DNA of 64,000 bases from Squalus acanthias. Lineage: Eukaryota. The notes below the pieces were generated by a model. It did not search any database. It saw only the letters and a program-made list of their open reading frames with translations, and was not told where the DNA came from. Below, one piece after another: positions 12,101 through 23,840 of the stretch. The translations under genes and the position numbers were made by a program. The stretch is from the NCBI GenBank assembly GCA_030390025.1, contig CM059425.1:162318001-162382000 (forward strand), written 5' to 3'. The first letter of the stretch is position 1. Every line of letters begins with the position of its first letter.

Positions 12101-13330
12101 CTCTGATCTGCTTGACCCTCTGCCAATTTGCACGTGGCTCAGGTAGTAGATTATTACCCTTGTTCTGCTTATTAATTTAGACCCTAGCTCCTCAAATTCC
12201 CTCAGCAGAACCTCATTGTAAGTTCTACCTATGTCGTTAGTTCCTACATGGACCACGACAACTGGATCTTCCCCCTCCCACTCCAAGTTCTTCTCCAGCC
12301 GCGAGGAGATATCCTTAACCCTGGCATCGGGCATTCAACACAGCCTTCGGGACTCTCTTTCGCAGCTGCAGAGAACAGTATCTATCCCCCTGACTATACT
12401 GTCCCCTACTACTACCACATTCCTTCCTTCTCCCCGCACTTGGATGGCCCCCTGTACCACAGTGCCGTGGTTAGTTTGCCCATCCTCCCTGCAGTCCTTT
12501 TCCTCATCAATACAGGAAGAAAGTACCTCGTACCTGTTGGACAAGGTCCAGGGCTGAGGCTCCTCCATCACTACATCCTGGGTCCCCATACCTTCCTGAC
12601 TCGCAGTCACACCCTCCTGTCCCTGACCACTGACAAACTCTAAAGTACTACTTAACCTAAAGGGTGTGACTGCCTCCTGGAACAAAGTGTCCAGGTAACT
12701 CCCCCCCTCCCTGATGCATTGCAATGTCTGCAGCTCGTACTCCAGCTCAACAATTCTGAGCCGAAGTTGCTTGAGTTGCAGACACTTACTGCAGATGTGG
12801 CTGCTCGGGATCGCGATGCTCTCCACAGACTCCCACATGCTGCAGTTACGACACACCACCTGCCCTGTCATCTCTAACCTTGTTTTATTTATTTATTAAT
12901 TACTTAGTGTAAAAGATTTTATTCAATCGATATTTTAGGTTTATTCTTTGATTATTTTATTTAGTTTAAGTTATTAATTTAATAAGTACTAGCAAGTTGC
13001 ATTTTCTCAGCTCTTAATTTAACCCCCTTCCCTAACTTAGAGAGCAAAAAGAGCTGTAATACTCACCAACCAATCACCTACCTGCTTTCCTGTGATGTCA
13101 CTCTTTGATGTTGTTTTTGAATCGGAGCCTTGCACTGCCGCTGCTTTAATTCAGGTCCGCTCTCGGGCTGCTCTTTATCCTCTCGCCACTGCCGCTGCTT
13201 TAATTCAGGTCCGCTCTCGGGCTGCTCTTTATCCTCTTGCCGCTGCCGCTGCTTTAATTCAGGCCCGCTCTCGGGCCGCTCTTTATCCTCTCGCCGCTGC
13301 TTTAATTCAGGTCCGCTCCAGGGCCGCTCT
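9119..13330 (-). mobile_element. Near full-length CR1 LINE, disrupted and missing its 3' end
   Basis: ORF1 pieces 12871-11923 (CxxC..CxxC, heptad leucines, GDSIVRG, VHVGTND: SGNH esterase). ORF2 APE endonuclease (NARS, ITETW, YRPP, GDFN) and RT (KSPGPDG, YLDFQKAFDKVPH, QGSVLGP, KFADD). Several frameshifts. Confidence 0.95.
13133..13330. repeat. ~48-57 bp tandem repeat (~3.5 units) in the CR1 5'UTR
   Basis: Repeated unit GCCGCTGCTTTAATTCAGGTCCGCTCTCGGGCTGCTCTTTATCCTCTC. Confidence 0.9.
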
Positions 13331-14583
13331 GTTCTGATAGAATTCAATGTTAAGTTTCTGTTGTTTTATTATGTTGGAATAAATTAATCTTGTATGAACG
13401 TTTGACATCATTGCCATTTGTGTGCTCACAATTTGAGGTGGCACAGTGAAGGGTGAGGGTGCCTTTTATGTCCAGCAATGCAGGTGACAGTGGATATAGA
13501 GTTAACAACAGACACTTACAGCCTCAAGACAGTCTCCCAAATCGTGAAATCAGCAACCTCTGACATTTGAAATTGAGCAGATTTGAGAGTGCAGCTTTTA
13601 GACTGCAGTTGCAGCTGTGAAGTTTCCAGCTAGTTGTTCTTCCTGACACACTTACCTGGCGTGATCTCCGAACGTCGTGAAACCCCAAAAATGTTGTAAA
13701 ATTGCAAAAGGCTCTTAAAATAGCAGTTAACAAGCACTTAACAAGGAGTTAAGTTCCTTAAATCCCTTACCTGCCACTTGGTGTCGGGTCTGTTGTGAAA
13801 TCGCAGACCCGACACTCTTGGAAACTCACACGGAGGCGGGTTTGCGGCAGGTTTCCAACCCGCCGTCGATCATTGCAACTTTAACACCTGACCCACCTCC
13901 GAAACCGCCCTCTGTGCACCAGCAAAATCGCGGCCCTAGAGTCGAACCCTTGCAGTTCATCTAGGGAGCATTCCTGTCAGCAGGAGCACAAAGAACTATA
14001 TAGGGTTCCATCTGTGACCCCTGGACTTTTGGTAATCCTGCCATTCAGAATAATCCTAGGGTTCAGACCTGAAGCTCCCTGGTGTGTTTGGAAAATGGAT
14101 ATAGTTGTTAGTTCTTTGAAACAAGGCATCAGTCAATTGTTGAATATAGAAAAATGCTGTTGATTCCTCCCTGCAATGTCCCTGATGCAAAAATGTTCAC
14201 AGTGGTGACCTTGGCAGCCACTGTGTCTACTCTGGAGTGTGACTACAGGTTCTATTGCAGCAAGTTCTTTGGTCTTGGACTACCACCCTGGGAAATCCAA
14301 GTCTGAAAATGTATCACTCTTAGGTTCTGAAAAGTTCTGTGGGCCGATAGATTTGTCCAATAGGATAAAGACTAGTAGATACTCTCCTCTGATGATCATG
14401 ATGGTGCCACACCTCCCTGGCCTCAAAGTGCTATTGTCATCCTCGTCCTTCAACTTGTAAGAATATCCCCATTCTGCTAAAGGGGATAGCAGTCTTAATG
14501 ACCCCCTAGCTCTCAAAAAAAAATTGCACCCTCGTGCAGCAGCAACCTTCACAGATTTTTAAGCATCATGTCCAAGAAGAGAT

Positions 14584-14860
14584 TCTTCTTCTTAGGCAGT
14601 CCCTCGAAACCGAGGATAACTTGCTTCCACATTAAAAATGAGTTCGCAGGTGACTGATGAGTCCAATGCGGGACCTACAGTCTCTGTCACAGGTGGGGCA
14701 GACGGTGGTTGAAGGGGCAGGTGGGTGGGGTGCTTGGGTTGACGTGCGCTCCGCTTGCTCCCGGCGAAGAGACTCGAGGTGTTCGGCGCCTTCCCGGATG
14801 CTTCTCCTCCACTTTGTGCGGTCTTGAGCCAGGGATTCCCAGGTGTCGGTGGGGATGTTA
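14584..14860 (-). mobile_element. RTE-clade LINE 3' fragment
   Basis: Minus strand reads PSTTVCPTCDRDCRSRIGLISHLRTHF*, followed by a short 3'UTR ending in (GAA)n. Confidence 0.8.
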
Positions 14861-16289
14861 CAAGATGGTGATGTTAGAAGAGATTAATGCACTTCTCGTC
14901 AATTTGTAGCTTGTCTGTTTCAACTGGTCAGCCTTAGGAACATATTTGTCACCTGAGCCCATGTTTTATAAAGGCAGCCTCCATCTTACCTATGACCAAT
15001 AGAAATGCAGTAAACCTGGCTGTAGTCATTTGATCCCACTTAAAACGCAATTTAAATGCGAGCACCTCTGATGTAATGACATGGCCTACACCACCCAACG
15101 ACAGAAAGCACACAATCAGGTCCGCGTATCAGGTCTTTAACCATTTTTCCTTTGCTTTACACACTGAAAATAGGTGCACTTAGAATGCAAAGCAGAGAAA
15201 AATCATCTCTGATGCATTAACAGCCAGGGAGGGGTTGATATTGTGGTAAGTGACTTTCTGTTCCGCTGGGATTCAACGAGAGCTTAAATGCATTTATAAA
15301 AAGATATAAATCCTTCTCCGTACTTACAAGTAAAACTTTGGACTTTGATGAACAAAACCAAATTCGAAATCCTTCTGCACACACATTTACATTTAAGCTT
15401 TCTGTATTCACCAATCTCAGCAGTGGGAGCGAAACTGGAGGAGTTATCCACAGGCTGAGCTACCTTGGCATCATAATGAAGAACAGATGGAGCAGGGGAA
15501 AGCCACAAGCTTTTTGCATGCATTGTTTACAACACATAACCTGGTAAAAAGTGTTTCAAAGAATCTTCAGTAAAAATAAACAGCTTTTCTGGTGAGCCAT
15601 CAAGAATGTCTAATTAGTGATAAGTATAGATACTAGATTACATGTCAAACATCTAGGTTATGTGGAAGGATACTGGTGGTTCTGTTTTTTTTTAAATCTG
15701 GTGGTATTAATTTTGGAATGTAGCCACGAATCCTTTTATAGTAAGAAGCTATAGAAGTAGCTAATAGAAACTACAGAGGAATTTATACATTATAACTCGG
15801 TTTGGGCAATAAATGCAGCCTTGCCAGTGTCACCCACATCTCGAACATTTTTAAATAACTAAGTTGGTAACATAATGAGTAGTCTGATCTTTTTATTGTA
15901 AAAGAATAACCTATGTTAAATGAAAAAATTGTTCTTAATGTTTTAATTTTTTTATGCCATATGTATCCAGAATAACATTAAAAGGAGATCCATATTGGAT
16001 GTCTTTCTGTGGGGTGACCTGAAAGACCTCTTTCAGGACAGCTGTTATTGGCTTAATTTCAGTTGCTCGTTGTAACAACTTATATGCTAAAAATATAACT
16101 TTGAGCTATGCTGTCTTGCACATAATATTGTTGCACTTCGAACTGCCACATGTATCACACATCCAACCAAATTATAAAAGTTACACAAACCATTCACATT
16201 TACTGAGTTGTTGAAGGAATCTTTATTCATTTTTAGAAGTTTCATATTGTTTGTTCGTTTAGTAATATGCCTTGTTCTATGCCACATTA

Positions 16290-17905
16290 TACGAACATAC
16301 GAATTAGGAGCAGGAGTAGGCCACTCGGCCCTCGAGCCTGCTCCACCATTCAATAAGATCATGGCTGATCTGATTACTCCACATTCCCGCCTAACCCCGA
16401 TTACTTTTCATCCCCTTGCTTATCAAGAGTCTATCTACCTCTGCCTTAAAAATATTCAAAGACTCTGCTTCCACCGCCCTCTGAGGAAGAGAGTTCCAAA
16501 GACTCACGACCCTCTGTGAGAAAAAATTTCTTCCCATCTCTATCTTAAATGGGCGACCCCTTATTTTGAGGAAGTGACCCCTAGTTCTAGATTCTCCCAC
16601 AAGAGGAAACAGGAAACCTCCTCTCCGCATCCACCCTGTCAAGACCCCTCAGGATCTTATATGTTTCAATCAAGTCACCACTTACTCTTCTGAACTCTAG
16701 CAGATACAAGCCTAGCCTGTCCAACCTTTCCTTGTAAGACAACCCGCCCATTTCAGGTATTAGTCTAGTAAACCTTCTCTGAACTACTTCCAATGCATTT
16801 ACATCCTTCCTTAAATAAGGAGGCCAATACTGTACACAGTACTCCAGATGTGGTCTCACCAATGCCCTGTATAACAAGCATAACCTCCCTACTTTTGTAT
16901 TTAATTCCCCTCGCAATAAACGATAACATTCTATTAGCTTTCCTAATTATTTGCAGTACTTGCATACTAACCTTTTGTGATTCATGCACTAGGACACCCA
17001 GATCCCTCTGCATCTCAGAGCTCTGCAATCTCTCACCATTTAGATAATCTGCTTCTTTTTTATTCTTCCTGCCAAAAGGGACAATTTCACATTTTCCCAC
17101 ATTATACTCCATTTGCCAGATCTTTGCCCACTCACTTAACCTATCTATATCCCTTTGTAGCCTCCTTATGTCCTCTTCACAATTTACTTTCCTACCTATC
17201 TTTGTGTCATCAGCAAATTTAGCAACCATACCTTCAGTCCCTTCATCCAAGTCATTTATATAAATTGTAAAAAGTTGAGGCCCCAGCACTGATCCCTGTG
17301 GCACATCACTCGTTACAACTTGCCAACCAGAAAATGACCCATTTATGCCTATTCTCTGTTTCCTGCTAGCCAGCCATTCCTCTCTCCACGCCAATATGTT
17401 ACCCCCGACACCATGAGCTTTTATTTTCCGCAATAACCTCTGATGTGGCACCTTATCAAATGCCTTCTGGAAATCTAAGTACAGTACATCCACCGGTTCC
17501 CCTTTATCCACAGCACATGTTACTTCCTCAAAGAACTCCAATAAATTGGTTAAACATGATTTCCCTTTCACAAAACCATGTTGACTGTGCCTGATTACCT
17601 TGAACTTTTCTAAGTGTCCTGCTATAACGTCTTTAATAATAGCTTCTAACATCTTCCCTATGACAGATGTTAAGCTAACTGGCCTGTAGTTTCCTGCTTT
17701 CTGTCTCCCTCCCTTTTTGAATAAAGGAGTTACATTCGCTATTTTCCAATCTAATGGAACTTTCCCTGAATCTAGGGAATTTTGGAAAATTAAAACCAAT
17801 GCATTAACCACAGATGGTGGGTCCTCCCCTTGGAATTTTTCTTTCTCGTTGGAAAGTATATATTCTGTGTATTCTGAAATATCCCCTTAAATGTCTCCCA
17901 CTGCA
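16290..17905 (-). mobile_element. 5'-truncated CR1 LINE (RT domain and 3'UTR)
   Basis: ORFs 16765-17811, 16587-16916 and 16391-16642 with CR1 RT motifs; 3' tail CCTGCTCCTAATTCGTATGTTCGT. Confidence 0.95.
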
Positions 17906-18757
17906 ACGCTATGGATTGTCATCTCATCTATCAATGAAATACACCCATAGATGGAGAGTTTCACAACTAAAGAACATCCATTTTAACATTTTCCAATGTA
18001 GTTCAATTCAAACACGTCTCTGGTTGGCTAACAATGGAGTTGAAAAGGTGCGCAGCCTTGCCTACTGTATCTCTGGATCTGAAAATCTCCATTTGAGGTT
18101 GAGGAAGCAGAAACTCAGAAATTCTAATAATTCACTAAATAAGTTGTTGGACCTTGTAGTATTAGTAAGCAGCAGCTATTCTTACAAGCACCTCAGTTTA
18201 CAGTCTAGGTGGTCCTACCAAGTGCAGCTGTACATTGACTTAATACCCTGTGGTACGTGAAATTGAACTTTTTATTCCTCTCTTCACTGTATCATTCCTC
18301 AGATTGATTGTTCGGTCCCATGATTCAGCATTCAAAAATATCATGATGTAAACCTACTTTTGTGGACTGTGTCTCTGTAGAGCAGTGATGAAATGTTTGA
18401 TAGCAGAGCTAAAGTTCAGAGGCAAAGTGTGTGGTTTTTCTCATTTAATATTTAAAAGATTTTTGCAGCAAAAGTAAACTTTGAAGAGCAAGCTAATTTC
18501 TAATGGTGTTGCTCATGTTTCTTTCTATTCTCCGCTGAATTATTTCCATCTAGTTTAGTCATCAACATACTTAAAAGTATAAGACATATTAAAGCTCCAT
18601 TTAAAAAATATGTTCATTAAGATGAAAATGGGAAACTACACTTAAAAATGTTAAAAATTAAAAATTTTCAGTGCAAAATTGAAGAAATAAACTTGCATTT
18701 ATATAGTGCATTTCACATCACAGCCAATGAATTATTTTTGAAGTATAGTCACTGTTG

Positions 18758-19955
18758 CTTAGGAGTAGGCTATTAAGCCCCTTGAGCCCGTTCCGCCATT
18801 CAACTAGATCATGGCTGATTTGTACCCAACTCCATTTGTCTGCCTTTAATCCATATCCCTTGATACTTAATAAAAATCTGCCAATCTCAGTCTTGAAAAT
18901 TTCAGTTGACCCAGCATTCACAGCCTTTTGGGAGAGAGAATTCCAGATTTCCACGACCCTTTGTGTGAAAAGGTGCTTCCTGATTTCCCTCCTAAATGGC
19001 CTAGCTCTAATTTTAAGATTGTGCCCTCTTATTTTGGATTCCCTCACCAGAGGAAATAGCTTGTCTGTATCTACTCTATTGAATCTCTTTCTCTAAAACT
19101 AAAGGCCATAAATACAAGATAGTTACTAAGTAAGTCCAGTAGGGAAATAAGGAGAAATGTTTTTACTCAGAGTGGTTAGAATGTGGAACTCGCCACCAGA
19201 GGAAATGGTTGAGGCAAATAGCTTAGATGCTTTCAACAGGAAACTAGATGAGTACATGAGAGAAAAAGGAATAGAAAGATATGCTGAAAGGCTGAGATGA
19301 GTTAGATGGAACGGGAGGAGACTCCTGTGGAGTATAAACACCAGCACAGACTAGTTGGGCCAAATGGCTTGTTCCTGTGCTGTATATTCTTTGTAATATT
19401 CTATGTAATTTTAAACACCTCAATCAGATCACCCCTTAATCTTCTGAACTCAAGGAAATACAAGTCACATTTATGCAACCTCTCCTCATAATTTAACCCT
19501 TTCAGCCCTGATAATATTCTGATGAATCTGTGCTGTACCCCCTCCAAGGCCAATATATGCTTCCTGAGGTTTGGTGCCCAAAGCTGAGCGCAGTACTCCA
19601 GATGGGGTCTGACCAAGGCACTGTACAATTGAAGCATAACATTGTATTCCAGTCCTCTTGAGATAAAGGCCAACGTTCCATTAGCTTTTTTGATTACCTT
19701 TTTGTACCTGCCCATTAGTTTTTAGTGATTTGTGTACCTGGACACCCAAATCCCTTTGCTCCTCGATAGTTCCTAATCCCTTGCCATTAAGAAAATATTC
19801 TGATCTGTCTTTCTTGAATGTAAAGTGGATGACCTCACACTTCCTCATGTTGAACTCCATCTGCCACAGTTTTGCTCACTTACTTAGTCTGTCTATGTTT
19901 ATTTGTAACTTCCTGCTCCCATCAACACAACTTATTGTGCCTCCTAACTTGGTTT
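18758..19955 (-). mobile_element. CR1 3' fragment interrupted by an opposite-strand CR1
   Basis: ORFs 19401-19715 and 18718-19047 are consecutive parts of the CR1 ORF2 C-terminus. Confidence 0.85.
19100..19405 (+). mobile_element. CR1 3' end of a different subfamily, nested
   Basis: GHKYKIVT..RN.FTQRVV.MWN-type end with a (CTATGT)-like tail; similar to the minus-strand copy at 34812-35250. Confidence 0.75.
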
Positions 19956-20498
19956 GCATGAAATATTTTTGGTACCATTTAGACTGAGGTTATTAAATTG
20001 TTCTTGATAATAAAACATTACTGAATCTTATAATTCTATCCAAGATGTACAGTAACGAGTTATATCCTCCATTTACTCTCATTTTATTTTTGTTGGTTTT
20101 ATCCCCTGTATGATTTAACTGTTTCCCAACATTTAAGACTGGCTTATTTATGCAGTCCTTCAAGCTACCTCATGTAATAAGTGTTCTATGTTTGTAGCCC
20201 AAGTGAAATTGTGGTGTTCAAATCTTCCCTAGTAATTGTTGGTTTGGTGATCATGTGCTAGTTTCTAAGGTTGTCTTTCTTAATTACTTCCAAAAGTCTT
20301 GCAATTTCCATGAAATGGCCAAATGAAAAAATAAGTTGTCACATTACATCTGATCACCCAACAGAAAGTCCTACATAGTGACTGATATCCTATAAATGTC
20401 ATCAAACTCAACTTTAAAAGGTCTAGTGAATTTTGCAAGCTAGTCACATGGTCAACCCTCCCTAGAAAGCATGTCAGCTATTATAGGATAGTGAATTA

Positions 20499-22261
20499 TC
20501 GTTGGAATTTTGTGGGGGGTCAGCGAGCGCAATGGGTGGTGGGTTGGGTGGGAAAGTAGGTTTTTTTTCACAGCAGGTCGGGACCCCGCTGCCCCATGCC
20601 TTTCCCAATGTCTGGTCTGTCAGTGCTGATCAGAACTGACACGCAGCGGCGGGGGACACAATTAAGCTCATTATGACCTTGTTTAGACATCATTAAGAAT
20701 ACATTTTAGCTTACCTTTTGACTTTATGTGCTCACCAACGGAGTATTCGCTGCTCGGGGATCACGTCTGTTAAGCTGAGGCGGGAGATGAATAGTCATTG
20801 AATCAGCTGATTACTTGACAGCTTGAAATGTGCTATAAAAGCTCCCACCTCACAGCTGTTCACTTTCCAAGCTCAGAAGCTGTTGCTTACTGCATTTGGA
20901 ACACAGATTGAGCTTTATGCAGGTTGCAAGTGTTTGGAGCAAACTCTCTATCCAGTGTCACCTCATTGGAACAACCTCTCTCACCATTGACAGAATGCTT
21001 CTGTCATCTCAACTTCACCTGCCATCTATTCCATCAACATGGGTGCCCTTTATACTCTCACACCTTGGTCCTCAGAATACCACCATGATCAGCCCCAACA
21101 TCAGCAGCACCAGGCACACTAGCAGCACCAACAACGACACCAACCTTCTCCGCAATCAACTGATGCTGCACAGGGCATCAGCACCCGACCACATTGCTGC
21201 CAGGGATGGCCTCAGCATGGCCAGATTTACTTCACTTGATGCTGTACACCCTGGCTGCCACATGATGCACCAGGTTGGCACCACCCCACACCAACACCAT
21301 AAAACATCCCTACAATGCCCAAGCCATTCCTTTCACACTTATGACCATTGCGGGGGGTACCGTTATGTCTCACTATTCACTGCAACTCACTAAGCCACTT
21401 CCAAAGGTGCACACAGATCTGTCCAAGAACGCAAAGTGTTGAAAATAAAGGTTTCAATGTTTGATACCACATTAACCGAAACTTTACATGAACATTGGAT
21501 AAAACACCCAAGTGGCTACTCTTGTGTGTTGTTAGTTTGTATGATTGCACTAGGATGAGTGTGAGTGTGAGGGGTGGCTCGTGAGATGGCGATGTGATAA
21601 TGTAGATACAGAGGGATGGGTGGAGGTGCAAGGTAAATTGGTGTGAATAAGGATGTGCAGGAGTAGGGTAGGGAAGGCAGAATAATGAGGATGTGATGAG
21701 AGGCACAGCAGGATGAGGTTGAGTGGGGCTTTGTACTAACGTTTCGTGATCTACTGAGATCATTGAAAAATTTGCGCCACTGCACCCAGGTTCTCCTGAC
21801 CACATCCCTGCTTGTGCCCTCCTCTGCAATGTGCAACCAGGCTGTGTTGATCTCCTGGGGAGGTCTCTTCCACCCATGGGAAGGGAAGAGGACCTCCCTG
21901 CATGCTGTGACTCCCTCCATAAGCATAATGGAGGGAGTAATGGGAGAGCCTGGGTGCAGCCCTGTGCCTTTGTGCAGTGATTGTCAGTGTTTGCAGCACC
22001 TCAGTGCTGTAGAACACTGATAGCATAAATGTCAAAATAAATTTGGACATGATCCCTTTAAGGAAATCGGCTGATGACGCGATATCAAATGACGTCACCA
22101 GACCCGCTTCCTCAAATTGGCTAAGAAACGCGCTGGGTGGGCTTAACAAGCCACATCAAGGGAAATTCATTTCACAGCGTGGGATGGAGCCAGCAGCAGG
22201 GTCGGGACCCGCCACCGACGTCGCCCGCCACAGTCCCGCCGAGGTGAGCAAAATCCCGGCC
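20499..22261. mobile_element. Internally deleted Harbinger transposon (Myb/SANT remnant on -, transposase remnant on +)
   Basis: Right TIR GCAAAATCCCGGCC followed by AAT. ORF 21516-21926 contains REVLFP..AWLHIAEE..VVRRTWVQWRKFFNDL (Myb/SANT-like). Inverted copy at 33033-34774. Confidence 0.8.
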
Positions 22262-22441
22262 AATGACTCTAGACAAGTAACACAAAGCTCAAGTTAAAAT
22301 CCCCTCATGGTAAGTTGAATTCAATAAATCTGGCAATTTGTGGGCTAACACCAGAATAATTTTCTTCTCAAAAAGGAACCTACCACGCCTACCCTGTCTG
22401 ACCCACATGTAACACTAGTCCCACATTATGATTGACTCTTA

Positions 22442-23137
22442 GGGGGAGAAATTGGTCTCCTTTGCACCTCCTGTTAGCACCTCCGGAGGGCGTTAACGGG
22501 GCGCTACCAGCTTTGCGACCAGGCGCGGCAAGAGTACCGACGCCTGCAAACTTCCCCTGCAGGTTAATGGCGAAGGTAAGCCCTGACATCATCCGGTGCG
22601 CAGCGCCCCGGTACCGCCCCAGATGCGAACTTGGCTTCTGCCCCCTGCAGCTTCGCCGGGCGTCAACACCGGCAACTGCAGGAGGCTTTTTCACCGTGGA
22701 TGGCCACTTGAGCGGTAGTTAAAGGGATTGCCGGTGAGGTAGGCAAAAAATGTTTCATCAAGACTCTGTGCTTTTTTTTTATTTTTCAGGTGCCACGCTT
22801 GATCAGCCCTGTACTCTGTTAGAGAGCTTGGGGCTGATCGGCGCCAATTGGAGGTGCCATTGGCGATCAGGGGATTCGTTTTCTTGCAAAGCCTGCAACA
22901 ATGGCCCTTCCCTTTAAGGGAGGGAAGGAGCCTTCCAACGCGGCAGCGCTACACACCTACCGCACCGCCTGCTGCCTGTTGCGCTCCAGGAAGTGGAGCG
23001 CTTGATTTTGTGCTCCACTTCCTTCCTGGAGCGCAAAACTGAATTTTTTAAAAGTTGAAAAGCATTAGCACCTGGCGCTAATTTTTTCAACTTTTAAAAG
23101 TTAACGCCCAAACGGGGCGATACCGAATTTCTCCCCC
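22442..23137. mobile_element. Non-autonomous Harbinger-type TIR element (family C) inserted in an HE1/HER1-like tail
   Basis: TIRs GGGGGAGAAATT / AATTTCTCCCCC. Flanks TTA and TAA rejoin to GACTCTTAATG of the host repeat (about 22380-22441 and 23138-23280). Confidence 0.85.
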
Positions 23138-23499
23138 TAATGTCCTTTGAAGTGACTGAGCAAGCCAATCAGTTGTAAAAGCAGATGAAGAAAGCCCACC
23201 ATCAGCCCCCTCAGGCCACCTAAGGATGGGCAGTATATGTCGCCTTGCCAGTTTTGCTCATATCCTGAGAACAAATATAATTTTTTTTTCCTGGATTTAC
23301 CATAATAATTATCATTTTTCCTATAGTTGAAGTCCTCCACATACAACTGGATAATGAATAAATAAACAACAAAAATATTTTTTTTAAACTTTAGAAATTA
23401 AAATTGAGAATTAACAGCAACACCTAAAGTTTAAAACTTTCCAACCATAGGCAGTGATGAGATCAAGAATCTCTATTTAGAAATAGAATATTATGTGTT

Positions 23500-23830
23500 T
23501 TTAGATATAGCATGTGGAGGATCAGTTGATCACACAATTTGAGATAAAATTAGTAAGCATTTAGAAATGCATGGGTTAATCAAAGACAGCATGGATTTGT
23601 TAAAGACAAGTCATGATTGACAAATTTCTTAGTTTTTCATTGAAGAAGTGACCAATTAGATAGATAATGGGAATACAGTAGATGTATTGTGAAGTGCCTT
23701 GCGAAGTTTTACTACATTAAAGGCGCTATATGAATACAGGTTGTTGTTGTATATGGATTTTAGGAAGGTGTTAAATTAGGTGCCTCATAACAGGTTTCTT
23801 AGAAAAATTCAGGTGTAAGACAAAATGTAG
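23500..23830 (+). mobile_element. Old CR1 RT fragment
   Basis: Degenerate HGFVK..S.LTN and VD..YMDF motifs; split by a SINE tail at ~23690-23750. Confidence 0.6.
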
Positions 23831-23840
23831 CAGCATTCAG

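Noticed and set aside
13133..13330. CRISPR-like array or repetitive protein (ORFs 13078-13387)
   Set aside because: No unique spacers and no cas genes; it is a simple tandem repeat in a CR1 5'UTR.
13520..13936. Additional TIR element
   Set aside because: Only the right end (GCAAAATCGCGGCCC) is recognisable; the left boundary could not be defined.
15217..15547. Overlapping short ORFs in unique sequence
   Set aside because: No recognisable protein motif or convincing splice-site pair.
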